A DNA stretch of 64,000 nt from Balamuthia mandrillaris (Eukaryota), in the NCBI GenBank assembly GCA_031835245.2, contig JAVKOQ020000092.1, positions 1 through 64,000 on the forward strand, in the 5' to 3' direction. The translations under genes were made by a program, and so were the position numbers. Positions 1 to 11,248 of the stretch are shown here, one piece after another. The notes beneath the pieces were generated by a model. That model was not told the origin of the DNA, searched no databases, and worked only from the letters and a program-made list of their open reading frames with translations. The number at the start of each line of letters is the position of its first letter. Position 1 is the stretch's first letter.

Positions 1-1272
1 CTGGTGAAGAATGCAGCGCGTGCTGCTGGTTGCTACCAATTGGAGGAGCTGAAGAGCCTGCAGGATTTGGAGCAGCGAGCTGGCGCTAATGATCTCGCTT
101 ATCTGTATTATCTTGTGAAGGATACAATGGGATGGCCTCAGGCTGCTGTCCAGCTGGGTAGCGCCATTAGCTACTACGCCGCGAGGAGGAATCTTTCCGA
201 ATTTAAGCTCGCTGATTGGGCAGCTATTGAAGGAGTTTACCTGGAAATTTTGTCAAGGAAATATTCGAGGCAGGCATTTCTGGGCTTTTTTAACTCTCAT
301 CCCACCGGCCTCCGCAAATTGCTGCTTCTTTCCCTGTTTCCACATTCCGTGAGTTGACAGACCTCTTCCTTCTCCTTTTCGTCTTTCAATGCTGAACATT
401 CCCTTTCTCTTCCTCCTATCTCCTTGTAGGTTCATCAGGACGAACCCATCAATGGCGGCAATTTGACAACATTGCGAAAGTATGGGGTAGTGGACTTGGT
501 GCCTGATGAACGCTCTCACCAAACGAACCAGCGTTATTTTGTTCGCATGAGCCTGCCCCTCCTCAACATCATCAACGACGGAATAGTGCCCCGAGCTCTT
601 CTGTTCACATGTCGCGAGAGCTATGCCACCATCCAGGAGCAAGCCCAGCTTTACAGCCTGGCAATTTGCTTCAACGCCCTTTGCACGCTCAAACATGAGC
701 CACTGCCGATCACTCTGCGAAATCTTCGTCCTGGTGCAGATGTTTATGGCAACGACAAAGGTGTGCTGGACCGCCCTCTGGTCTCGCCTGAAGAAGTGGA
801 GCAAGCACTACAGCGAGAACAGCCTATAGAGATGCAAGTGGTGAAGCAGGGAATGAAATTGCCAGGGCCACCACTGGCGACATGCACCAAGACCCATGAA
901 GAGGCCATCGACTCTTATGCCATTTTTACGGAGGGAAAATATGTCATGCAGAGCAAGGGTAGCCAGTTGGGGCATGCTTTGCAACGCTCCATACCACCAT
1001 CTGATGTTGCAAAAGTGTTCAAGCAGCTTGCTCAAAAGGCGCCGGATGCACTTGCCTTGGAATTTCTGAGTTCAAGATCCGCACCGTCTCGCTACAGCAC
1101 CCTTCCTTCGTTGTTGAACCCTGAAAAGCATGCATTTGTGTTCATCAGCAGAGAGACTTTGCCGGAGGCTTTGCATCCCTGCTTTGCTAACATCGCGTCC
1201 CGAGCCTCCTCCATGGAGAGGCCACGCAGAGTGCAGCCGAGGAGAAGAGGCAGCAAAACGGACTTGGCTTAA
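1..1272 (+). CDS. 5'-truncated gene; possible Crinkler/CR-type effector (NTPase-associated helical region plus C-terminal PD-(D/E)xK-like nuclease domain)
   Basis: ORFs 4..357 and 463..1272 are joined by a GTGAGT...TTGTAG intron (~349-429). GxP-like motif 'KDTMGWP' and a D...QxK motif 'AIDSYAIFTEGKYVMQSK'. Family assignment is from motif resemblance only. Confidence 0.4.
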
Positions 1273-1937
1273 CTTCTAAAGGCCTCCTTCACCTTCTCTT
1301 TCTTCTTTCTTTGTTCATATGAAATGCCATGCCAGGTCAATAAAGGCGCAATTCCAAGAAAGAAGGTAAAGGGTAACCAAACACTTGCCTTCATAGCGCT
1401 GCTGCCATTGAGTGGAAGCCATGAATCGGCATACTGCAAGCTTCGAAGAATAATTATCGCTGGGAGAAAAGAGAAGATCGTTTCTTTCAGTAGATTCACC
1501 CAGAAGACTTTGAAGAGACACAGAAACAAGCCTTTCATTGTAGAAACAGACAAACTCTATGCTGGGGACTGCCACCTGACATGACATCTTGTATTGGCTC
1601 ATACGATTGGCTGGTGGGGCAAGGTCATCGTGTTTCGCGACTGGCGGTTATGTTGGGTGCTCTGCATTTGTGGGAATTGCTCGAGTAAAGCTTCCAGCAC
1701 ATACTTGCTAACTTTCATGGTAATGTTTCGAGGATATTTCTTTCTTTTGCCTCAATCCCTCCTTCGCTCCTTCTACAGGAGAGGGCTTATTTCTGGGATC
1801 GACATCAGGAGGGAGACAGTAGAACTTAGACGATATGCTCAATTGCTTGCCGTTGATCATAATTGTTGACTTGGTGGATTAGCTTGGGTGCAGGAGACTT
1901 GCTGTTGTGCTGATGGTTTGACATTCTTGCGTGTGCT

Positions 1938-2504
1938 TCACCGTATGACTCTTAGGGCAGGGGGCACGTTGTTGGGCGTCAGGTAGGTGTGCGTGGTTTG
2001 TGAGTTTTGCGGGGTTAGTGGTGGTGGCTTCGGGGCAGGGGACAGCAGGTGTGTTCGTAACTCACTGGTGGGGCTCGTTGCACTAGGTGAGGCGTAGCTG
2101 GTTTGAGGCGATTTGCGGGCTTCGCTTCTCTTGCAGCGTATCTCTATGATGTTGCCTACCCACCAGCGTGTGATGGGTGCGTCTGGGAACAGGATCTTGC
2201 TATGTGTCAGGACATGCTTAGCGACATGTTCATCGTTGAAGGCGAGGCCAACGAGCCACCAACCCGTTTTGCAGCAGGGGTGCTCGAAAGTATGGGTAAT
2301 ATTTTTGTAACTGCCATTGAGCTTGGTGATGACGGAGTGTGAGTAGCGGCTGGCGGGCGCGTCAGCACTAGGGCTTGGGAGGGGGTGAGTGGGCGAGTTG
2401 GCGCGATGTTTCATGGGGGTGACGCTGGGAGACGGGTCGGCATGGTGTTTACTTGGATGCGCGTTGGGGCTTGCTAGCTGGGTGTGACTTCGGGTGAGGG
2501 GCAC
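1938..2504 (-). other. GC-rich intronless Pro/Ser-rich ORF, possibly a degenerate mobile-element ORF
   Basis: Composition differs from flanking host genes. No recognisable domain. Lies about 330 nt from the 48-nt repeat at 2836-2883. Confidence 0.25.
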
Positions 2505-2835
2505 TGAGGTGGAGTGCTGTGGCTTTTCAGCCAGCGCAGGGGCTGGGGAGCGTCTAGAGTTACTGCTAGAGGCAACTCAGATGGTCTGACAGGGTTCGTG
2601 GGGGGCATGGTAGCGACATGGTGGGTGTCAAGGGCGAGCACTGTTGCACGAAGGATGTCTACCTCAGATCCAAGAGGTGGTGCGCTGCTCCGTCGTCTGG
2701 TTAATGGGTAAATGTTCTTCCTGCTTTGCTACTTAATAAAGCAAAGGTTGTGGTGTCTCTCTCCTCCACGCTCCACCGCCACCAGTCCTGTTATCTTAGT
2801 TTAGTCTACCTCCTTCTCTTCTGTGAGGGGGCGGT

Positions 2836-2883
2836 AAGTTTGCTTTGGTGCCGGCACCGTTGCTGAGAGCGAGTCGTCAGATG
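2836..2883. repeat. 48-nt dispersed repeat, copy A, containing palindrome GGTGCCGGCACC
   Basis: 43/48 identical, ungapped, to 56026-56073. Confidence 0.85.
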
Positions 2884-2957
2884 ATGTGATAGTCTTTCTC
2901 ACAAAACAAGAACCTCTTTTTATTTTGGTAGCTCATAAGAAAGCAAAATATCGCCTG

Positions 2958-5330
2958 TCATTTCACCAGCAAGGATGTGTGCCAAGTCAGCAACAATACT
3001 TTTGAATACTCTGTTTTCCCTATTTCTATTTGTGTTGTAACATTAATGCAAAAGAATACGAGAATGAGTTTATGAAAAACAACAAACCCAAACAAAAGGC
3101 GAACTGTTCTAACTTTTTCTTCAGAAGTCATAAAGGGACAATTTAAGTTCAGAATACAGCCACTTAGCCATTCCTTCATTGCTGCATTCTGAGCAAACAC
3201 GCTGTTGACTGCAGATAAATAGATAGATAAATAAGGAACAAAGAGTATGAAATGAGAATGGAAGAAGATACATACTTAGAATGAAGAGAAGATCAGCTTG
3301 GTAATGCACTAAATTGTTGTTCACAGTTTTGACCATTGCCTCAAATAAAGAAACGGTGATTTCGTTTCCATGGGCTAACAATAACTCTCTCACAATAGGA
3401 ACTTCTTGGTGTTTTGCTAACCGGCTTAAGAATCCCAAAACCGCCTTTGCTGTGTCACGTTCTAAGGAAAGATGGTTGAATTAGTTAAAGAAAAAACAAA
3501 TTATAGCGATACTACTCACCAGGAAGACATAGAGACGAAACTGCTAGTTTGAAAATGGCTTCTAAGAGCTGGTTACTTGGTGTTGATGAAGACGTAGAAG
3601 AGGGTAATAGGGTGCCTGGCACCATTTTAAGGGCTTGGTTTAAAAAATCAAAATACTTGCTAACTACTTCTGTGTGACCTTGTAAATCTGTAGCTAGTTA
3701 TGTTGTTAGCCGTAAAGCAAAAAAGAAAAAATAACCAAAGAAAAAAAGAAAAGGAGAAGAACGAGAAGAAGGAAGACGAAAAAGAACAACATAAAGAACA
3801 AGAAATGAATTTAAACAGTTGTAAAACGGCGGAATAACCTTGGTTTAAAAAGGAAAAGCTGATTTGAGAAACTGCTTGTAAAAGTTGAGCAAACATATCA
3901 TGGCATTCTCGAGTATTTCCAAATATTTCTGAAGAAAGAACGATAAGAAAAGACAACGAAGAGAAATAAAGAGCGAGCGAGAGAAAGAGAGAAATGTACG
4001 AAAGGTAGTGCTGAGAACTTCCAAACAGCAGCCAAAGTGCTGTTGAGAGTAAATCTTCATCACTGTGGCAACAAGCGGTGATAGTAGTTCTTCTAACCCA
4101 GTCAACTTTGCAGCCATCAAAGCTGCCACATATGTGCTACAAAGATGCTAAGTTCCATGTTAGATAGGAATTTTTTTTAGAAAAAAAAAAAAAAGAGACT
4201 ACAGACGAAACGAGGGACTAGAAAAGAGTTAGTTACCATCATTACCGTCTCGTCGCTCATGAAGGCTTCACAGAGATCTTGTAGTAACGGCCATGCCTCC
4301 CTTAGGACCGGCATTACCGGATTAGAAGACGCATCCGCGTAGTCATAAGGATGAAACGTTCTGTGTGGCTGGCAAATGAGACACAATTTATGTTTTTGGA
4401 TTAGGGCTGGGTTGGGGTACCTCATAGCACTCGAAAAAAGTTGTAGTTCCTCTGATAGAAGAGATAGTTCTGTGGTTCTTGTCGCTACCAACTGCTTTAA
4501 ACGCAATATCATCGGAGCACACAATGCAAACACCACCTCTCCCGTTTGTTCTTTGGGAACATGGAGGGCTAATGTTGTCATTCCTTCTATCAAATGAGTC
4601 CTTGCCGGTCCCTTTGTACATATGTGAAAAATATCAAAGTAAATAAAAGTTACTGCCAGAGTAAGAATAAAAAAACAAAGTGATACACGCCTTTAAGTGG
4701 GTCATTCCTTGTTGCGAAGTCCACAATTGGATAAGCTTGGGATATGCATCAAGCAATTGCTGCTTGCCCATTAGACAAAGTGCCTTCAATGCTCGGGCTT
4801 TGTGTTTGTGTGTAACATATGGGGTGATATAAAATAAGAAACTACAGAAAAGACAGAAGAACAACAGAAAGAGTGAGAGAGAGAACCAGCATAAGTATGT
4901 GACGGAAAGTCTTGAATAGAAAGGTGGTTGACAATGGAGCAAAATGCTGCCTCCATAAGCTCTGATTCATGTTGAAGCCACGGTGCATACTCTCCTTCAA
5001 GAACATTTTTTGAAAAAAAACACTAATTAGAACAACAAATATGAACAACAAAACGGGAATAGAGAAACCTAGCATCCGTAGTCCAGTTTGGACCAACAAC
5101 GGGTGAGCTGAAGTTTCACGAGATAACACCAGAAATCGTGCAATGATTCTCCGTAACCGTTGCAGCAACTCCAAATTGGAGTCTCGATTTTGGGGATTGG
5201 CGATGCTACTCCTGCCTCGTTGGGCGGCTCTACCAGCTATTTGTAATGCAAATAAACTCTGGTTCGGTAGTCAATTGTAAATGTAAGAGGAAAAAGAAAA
5301 TATAAGAGCAATGAAAGAAATAAGCAACAT

Positions 5331-5368
<38 letters not shown>

Positions 5369-7212
5369 GAAGGTACAGCTTCGATGAGTTGCCACCGCGC
5401 CTGATGAAAATGTACAAAAAGACTTAGCCATTCAAGAAAAACAAAAGCAAAAAAGTTGAGAAGAAAAGAAGACCAACTTCCGCATTAAAAACGTCTTCTA
5501 AAATTGCAAGGTAATGGTCTTTTAACAAATGAAACGATATACTGAGAGTGCTTTCCGACTTCTTCCGAAAGTACGAGATATCAGGATCCAACTGATCATG
5601 AGCAGTGGCATTGCACGGCTCGGGCAGACACAACTGTTGTCCGACTAGTATTTGTAATAATACGAATAAAGGCTGCATGCGTGCGTGCCGATCATGGTTG
5701 GAAATGCTAGGGTTTTGTTGCTGAGAGATGGCGAAACCAAATTCTTCCCAAAACTCAAACGTCTCTATTACCACGTTTACAATTTAAGTTAAAGAATAAC
5801 ATAATCAAAAGTAATAGAAGTCAACACTAGAAGAAGCGAACAACGGAGAAGAAAAGCACCAGAAAAAGAAAAGTCGAAAGGAAACAAACAACGCAATAAC
5901 GAAGAAAGAAAATAAGGATATAGCTTTTGAAGGATGGCGACTACATTTGAGGAGAAAGTCAATAAGCTGGGCGGCTTCAGTTTTAACCTCGTCCTCTTCA
6001 AGCAACACATCAACATTCTCCATGCCTAGGCCTGCAAAGAGCCTGCACACTCCCAGACACACCTCCTCATTCAATTCTGTAAACGAAAAAGAATTCAGTG
6101 AGAAGAAAGTTAGGAGGTAAACTTAAACAACCAGAAATTACAGAGAAAGGGATAGAGAACCGATGAGAGCGTTATCGTAAAATTGTTGCAGTGGTAACAG
6201 CTGGCGAAGGATGTCGCGAACTAAATTGGTGTCAAGCTGACCGACAAAATAAAAATGTCAATAAGCTGCTCTAATGGGCTGTGAAATCACAAGGATTCAA
6301 ACACGCACCGGTCGTGAAAAGAGTTCATATAAAACGTCAACAGCATTCAAAAACAAGTCCTCCGTGCCCATCAACCTAAATATGGTTTGGCATATCGGCT
6401 GCCCCAAGAACAGGCTGAAATAAGGGAATATCGTTACAGAAGAGCGAGAGTGCATAGATTTTCGAGCGAGAGTGCATAGATAATCTCGGAATGATAACTT
6501 ACTTGACAGAAAGTTTCATATTCTGTTTTAGCCAGCAATGGAGGCACTTGAGAGCCTTTTGTCTGGTGGAGGAAGGAGCGTCCGTTGCTTGTAGCAACGC
6601 TTGAACGTAAGCAACTACCGTTTTGCCTTCTTCTCCCAATTTGTGGTAAGTCTCCTCTCTTCGTGGTTCCGACATAACAGCTGAGCTTAGTTCCTCCGGT
6701 ATGTATTCTAATACCTCCAGTACTGCTATTCCCCTGCAGCAGCAGCAGCACAATAAAAATAAAATATTACTTACATGAAAAAAACAAATAATAACACGAC
6801 AATCGTTTGGTATAATCACAGTACAAAACAAGCAAAACAGAAGATACTCACGATGGGTCTATATTGATGATATCACGAATGGAGTCATGTTGTTGCTCTT
6901 GCTGGTCGCTGTTACTGATCGATCGCACCACTGAGAAACAAGAAGGCAATAAGTGAGAAGAAAACATAAGAATGAGTTAGACAGAAGGATACCAACCAAC
7001 AGCAGCCAACGCGAGGCACAATCGTGAAAGAACGAGCGGAATGCCACGGTGCAAGTTGCGACGAATGAGTTCACACAGCATTGAACGAACAGAAAGCTGC
7101 TGCTCGGCTGCCAGCAAGCTCCTGTTTATCCGCCAAAAGAATAGGCCGCAGAAGAGTTGACCAAGAGCACAGAAAAAACAAGGCAGGAATAAGAAGTGTG
7201 CAAAAGAGCAAA

Positions 7213-7254
<42 letters not shown>

Positions 7255-7639
7255 ATTCAAGGGTAATCTTGGTATAAAGGGTATGAGCCGCAAAGAACAG
7301 GACTTGCACAGACTGAAAAGAAAGAAATGAGAGAACGCACATCTGGTGAGAGCGAAAGAGACGACGGCAAAAACGAACCGTAGAGGAAGCCAATAACTCA
7401 GCTGCTACACTCCATGCCTCCTGTGTGCCTTGAAATTCGAGCAACGAGCGATTGAGTTCTACACGCTGTTCCGATGACTCGCCGCTTGAGTACAGCCGTT
7501 CTATGGCCTGGTTTGGGAGGAAGAGGAAGTTATGATTAACGCGGGAACAAGACAACCAAGGGGGAAATCCTCTTCGAGCTACCTGTTCCACCAAGCGCAC
7601 ACGAGACGACGAGCCACCACCAGCGCCGCCGCTTTCCAT
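2958..7639 (-). CDS. Importin-beta family HEAT-repeat karyopherin (importin-13 / transportin-3 / Mtr10 type), many introns
   Basis: Exon peptides 'LLEFQGTQEAWSVAAELL', 'FFAAHTLYTKI', 'LSRLCLALAA', 'LEVLEYIPEEL', 'IETFEFWEEF' match IBN_N/Xpo1 regions of IPO13/TNPO3. Confidence 0.8.
5775..5921 (-). other. U12-type AT-AC intron
   Basis: Donor ATATCCTTA, branch site TTCTTTAAC, terminal AC. Removal gives in-frame HPSKA|VVIETFEFW. Confidence 0.85.
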
Positions 7640-8207
7640 TTTGCTCCCCTACTACTCTTTTCTCTTTTTTTACTGTTTTGCTTGTCGTCGTCAGCGATGG
7701 CTTACCGAGCACAAAAGCTGCCCAAAACGAACAGCAAACGAGCTTGCAAGATAATTTCATCTCTATCACAAGGGTACACATTTTCTGAGGGTCCTTCCTT
7801 TTATAGCCAAACAAAAAAAAAAAAAATAGCCGAACCAACCCCCCACCTAACAACAACCTCAACCACTGGAAATAGTGTAGTAGTAGTTTTAGTTGGTTGG
7901 TGTCATTCATTACGCAGACGCCCTTGAGTGGTGAGTGTTTGCTGCTGTGCGGAGTTCCCTCTTCCTCCCCACCGATACACTCTTTGCGAGCTCCCTCACG
8001 CCAGTCATTGAAGCCGGCCTTCGCAGTAGATCCCTTCCTCACAACAACGCTGATCGTCTCCTTTCCATAGAAGACGACCCTCCACGCGTGCTAACTTCCT
8101 CTGCTGGCCCAGCAGCGGGTTCTTTTACTTCACTTGCATTGCAAAACAACAGCTTTGTTTCGGAACGATTCTGGCAACTGCGTAGCTGCCTCCTCCGCCC
8201 AAACGTC

Positions 8208-8381
8208 ATGCGCCTCTCTCTAGCTGCTCTTCTCTTGCTGGTGGTCCTCTCGTGCCTCAGCTTCTCTTTCTCGCTTTCTCCCCACAATGATCACCAGCAG
8301 CAACATCACGTTACTGGTCTACCTGCCCCCTCCTCACCAACAAATCACCAACAACCGCAGCAGCCTATGCTACACAACGTC

Positions 8382-8412
<31 letters not shown>

Positions 8413-9653
8413 GAGCTGCCAGAGCTGACAACTGCATCCAACAACCAACCCAACCCTCCTGCGCCAACTACACAATACCAGACAGCCAAGTGAACGAAGA
8501 CATAGGCACCCTCTGCGACCACCCCATGCACGGAGCCACCGTCATGCCCGGCTGCACCGTACGCCACCTCTGCCAACGCAGTGACAGGAGCTACCTTGCT
8601 GCTGAGTACTGCCAACCATTCAGCGTGCTTAAGGACCTCTGCACGGACATGCCTGGCATGAACGGCTGCCAGGACTATGTCAGCATGTGTCAGTCAGGCT
8701 CTGTCGTCAAGGAATGCCAGCAGGACATGCTGCCGGGCTTACCCCCTAGTCGTGCCTCCATGGTCCTCTCTGGTCTCATCTACGATATCTGCAATGACAT
8801 GCCTATGGAAGGCTGTGACAGGTGAGCAAACTTTGAAACTTTCATCTTTGCGTGTGATTTCTCACATTATGTGTTATGGTCTCCATCAGCTGTAAGAATA
8901 CCACCGGTTCATTGCTGCCCTGCGACCTCTTGACCTCCTACTCCAAGCTGTGTTTTGCTATGCCTGGCATGTCCCAATGTCAATCCTGGAAGCAGATGTG
9001 CGACGCTAATCCAGACTCGACTCTATGCAGCACTAAACATGGCGGTAGTGACTTGCCCCCTCAAATGAGAATGTATTTCCACACAGGTATTGTGGACTAT
9101 GTTCTTTTTGAAGATTGGGTTCCGAGGTTCGCTCGTTTATTTTTCTTCTCCCTCTCCCTCCCTTGCAATGTTTAGTTTAGCAACTTATACCTCTCTTATT
9201 AGAACAAACTGGCAATATGCGCTGACATGGTTAGCAGTTTTCGTATTTGCTTTGTTCTACGAGTTATTCAAAACAGTACGCATGTACCTTGACCGGGTGT
9301 GGGCTCGGCGACGTTATCAGGTGGATGCCTCCTCCAAAGTTACTCACCATCACCATCACAATGATGATGGCGAGAGCGCTCATCTCCAGTTGACGGAGCA
9401 GCCAGACGAACCTCAAACTTTCAAAGAGTGTCTGACCACCCCATTTCACTTTGCCTCCGACTTTGCCCGGGCTGGTTTACACTTTGTGGAGGTGGGTTGG
9501 GCCTTGCTTCTGATGTTGGTGGCCATGACCTTCAATGTTGGTCTGTTTATGGCGGTTTGTTGTGGTGCGTTTACTGGAATGCTTCTGTTTGGCCGTTACC
9601 TTTATGCCATCTCTGCCACAAACCAGACCTCGCAGATGGCTTACTGTCATTAG
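8208..9653 (+). CDS. CTR-family copper transporter with signal peptide and Cys/Met-rich extracellular repeats (Dictyostelium p80 / Chlamydomonas CTR-like)
   Basis: 'MRMYFHTG...VLFEDW', MxxxM motif 'MLVAM' in TM2, GxxxG 'GAFTG' in TM3, repeated 'LCxxMPGMxxC' units, 2 introns. Confidence 0.85.
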
Positions 9654-9739
9654 TTCTTTAAGAAAAAAACTGAAAACATGTTTATAAACAATTCCTCACA
9701 ACAACGTCTTATTTATACAGTACGCGCCATCTTTTCCTT

Positions 9740-10894
9740 TCATCCTACCCTTCGTGATGACGTTATTTTCGTTACGTCAGCTTGTACTTGCTGCTGCTGT
9801 TCTTGTTGCAACCATTCAATGACACCACGCAACTTGGACCGAGGGGGTAACTTTCTGGTAGGAGGTGGCGTTACCGGTCTTTTACGAGTGGTAGGAGCGA
9901 CTGTGGTGCCCTCGGCAGAGGCAATAGGTGCGCCAGATCGTCTTCCTACTCTTGACGTTGCTCCTGTTTTTCCTCCCGCCGCTGCTCTTTTTGCTGTGGA
10001 TGGAGTAGTTGGAGCTGACGAGCACGAGGAAGAAGCAGAGGATGTCGCGGAAGAAGATGGCATGACCTGGTCCATCTGTCCTTGAAGGTACCACCACCAT
10101 TTGGCGCCTCTAACTCCTCCTTCAGCCTTAGTTGCTTGTAACGTCATAACAGCGTCCCTCCAAGACAAAGATGCGTTGTCCATTGTCATACTGCCAGAAT
10201 TTGGTTTTCGGTTGTAAGGCTCCGTTTCCTCTGTTCTTGCGACCTCGTCTGACTTCTTCTTCTCCTCCTCTTCAATGCCATGTTTTCCTTTTTTCTCCGC
10301 AACTTCCTCTTCTTCTTCTTCTTCTTCTTCATCTTCCTCCTTTCCCTTTTCTTCCTCCTCCTTGCCTTCCACTCGATGTGTTGGTGTCATGACCACCTCA
10401 ATGTCTTGAAAACCGTTACAACGCTGAATGTGGAGCAGGGTTTCTTCGTTGTTGTTGCTGGGTGTTTGGTCCTGAGGTTGATAAGCAGAAATGGACTGAG
10501 GAGGTAGATTGGGAGGAGGTGGAGGAAGCAACAAGTCAGCCGCCATCGTCACCATCGGTGAAGGACAACTCGAAGAACCGAATGCATAATCCTCTTCTGG
10601 CAGTTGATTAGAAAGACGAAGCACCCAATCTGCATCACAGTCTTCATCGTCATTGTAGAATGCTGCTGAGAATGACGACGTACATGAAGAATATGGAGAA
10701 GAAGAGGCTCCTTCTTCTTCGTCCGAGAGAAGGAAATTATGCGGAGGAAACGAGCCTGCAACAGCCATCATGGAAGGACAAGAAGAAGTAGCATGCATTA
10801 TTTCTGATCGGCCGGTGGCTTCCTCCATGTCCTGCTTTGCCTTGAGCCACAGCTCTGTCATTTGTGCCCACTGCGCGACGCTAAAACTACTCAT
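9740..10894 (-). CDS. Hypothetical low-complexity protein (384 aa, intronless)
   Basis: Long ATG-initiated ORF with acidic and Ser-rich tracts; no domain recognised. Confidence 0.55.
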   Translation of the reverse strand: MSSFSVAQWAQMTELWLKAKQDMEEATGRSEIMHATSSCPSMMAVAGSFPPHNFLLSDEEEGASSSPYSSCTSSFSAAFYNDDEDCDADWVLRLSNQLPEEDYAFGSSSCPSPMVTMAADLLLPPPPPNLPPQSISAYQPQDQTPSNNNEETLLHIQRCNGFQDIEVVMTPTHRVEGKEEEEKGKEEDEEEEEEEEEVAEKKGKHGIEEEEKKKSDEVARTEETEPYNRKPNSGSMTMDNASLSWRDAVMTLQATKAEGGVRGAKWWWYLQGQMDQVMPSSSATSSASSSCSSAPTTPSTAKRAAAGGKTGATSRVGRRSGAPIASAEGTTVAPTTRKRPVTPPPTRKLPPRSKLRGVIEWLQQEQQQQVQADVTKITSSRRVG

Positions 10895-11248
10895 TCTCGT
10901 TGCGGTTGACTAGACCGTGACTGTTGGTGAAAGAGTGAGTATTAGACTGTATGTAATTCCAAAAAAAAAAAGCTATGAATGAACCAAAGCATTACTGGGA
11001 GTTTAAGGAATGAAGGACAAACATCAGCGAATGTCAATCTGCACGTTTTGTTTCGCCCCAATTATCTCGTCAATCAGAGATAGCAAGTGCCTCTGGTTTT
11101 GGGAAACTAAACACCTGCGCAGATCGTCTTTACCATATGTGCGTTTGGTGTAAGAAAGTCAACAAAGGAGGTGATTTCCTTTTTTTGTTTGTCTTTAACT
11201 TTGGTTGTTGAAGTAACTGAAGAAGAAACAAAAATGGGAAGGACCTCT

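Noticed and set aside
1269..1900. Small hydrophobic ORF (1269-1553, minus) and an intron-like segment (~1720-1778, plus)
   Set aside because: No coherent gene model or recognisable domain could be built.
2836..2883. Hammerhead or HDV-like ribozyme reading of the 48-nt repeat (CTGACGA on the minus strand)
   Set aside because: No matching GAAA core or stems, and copy B has CTGACTA.
6983..6992. GTATCCTTC on the minus strand resembling a U12 GT-AG donor
   Set aside because: Using it gives a stop codon within a few codons. The GTTGGT donor 4 nt upstream keeps the frame, and there is no U12 branch site.
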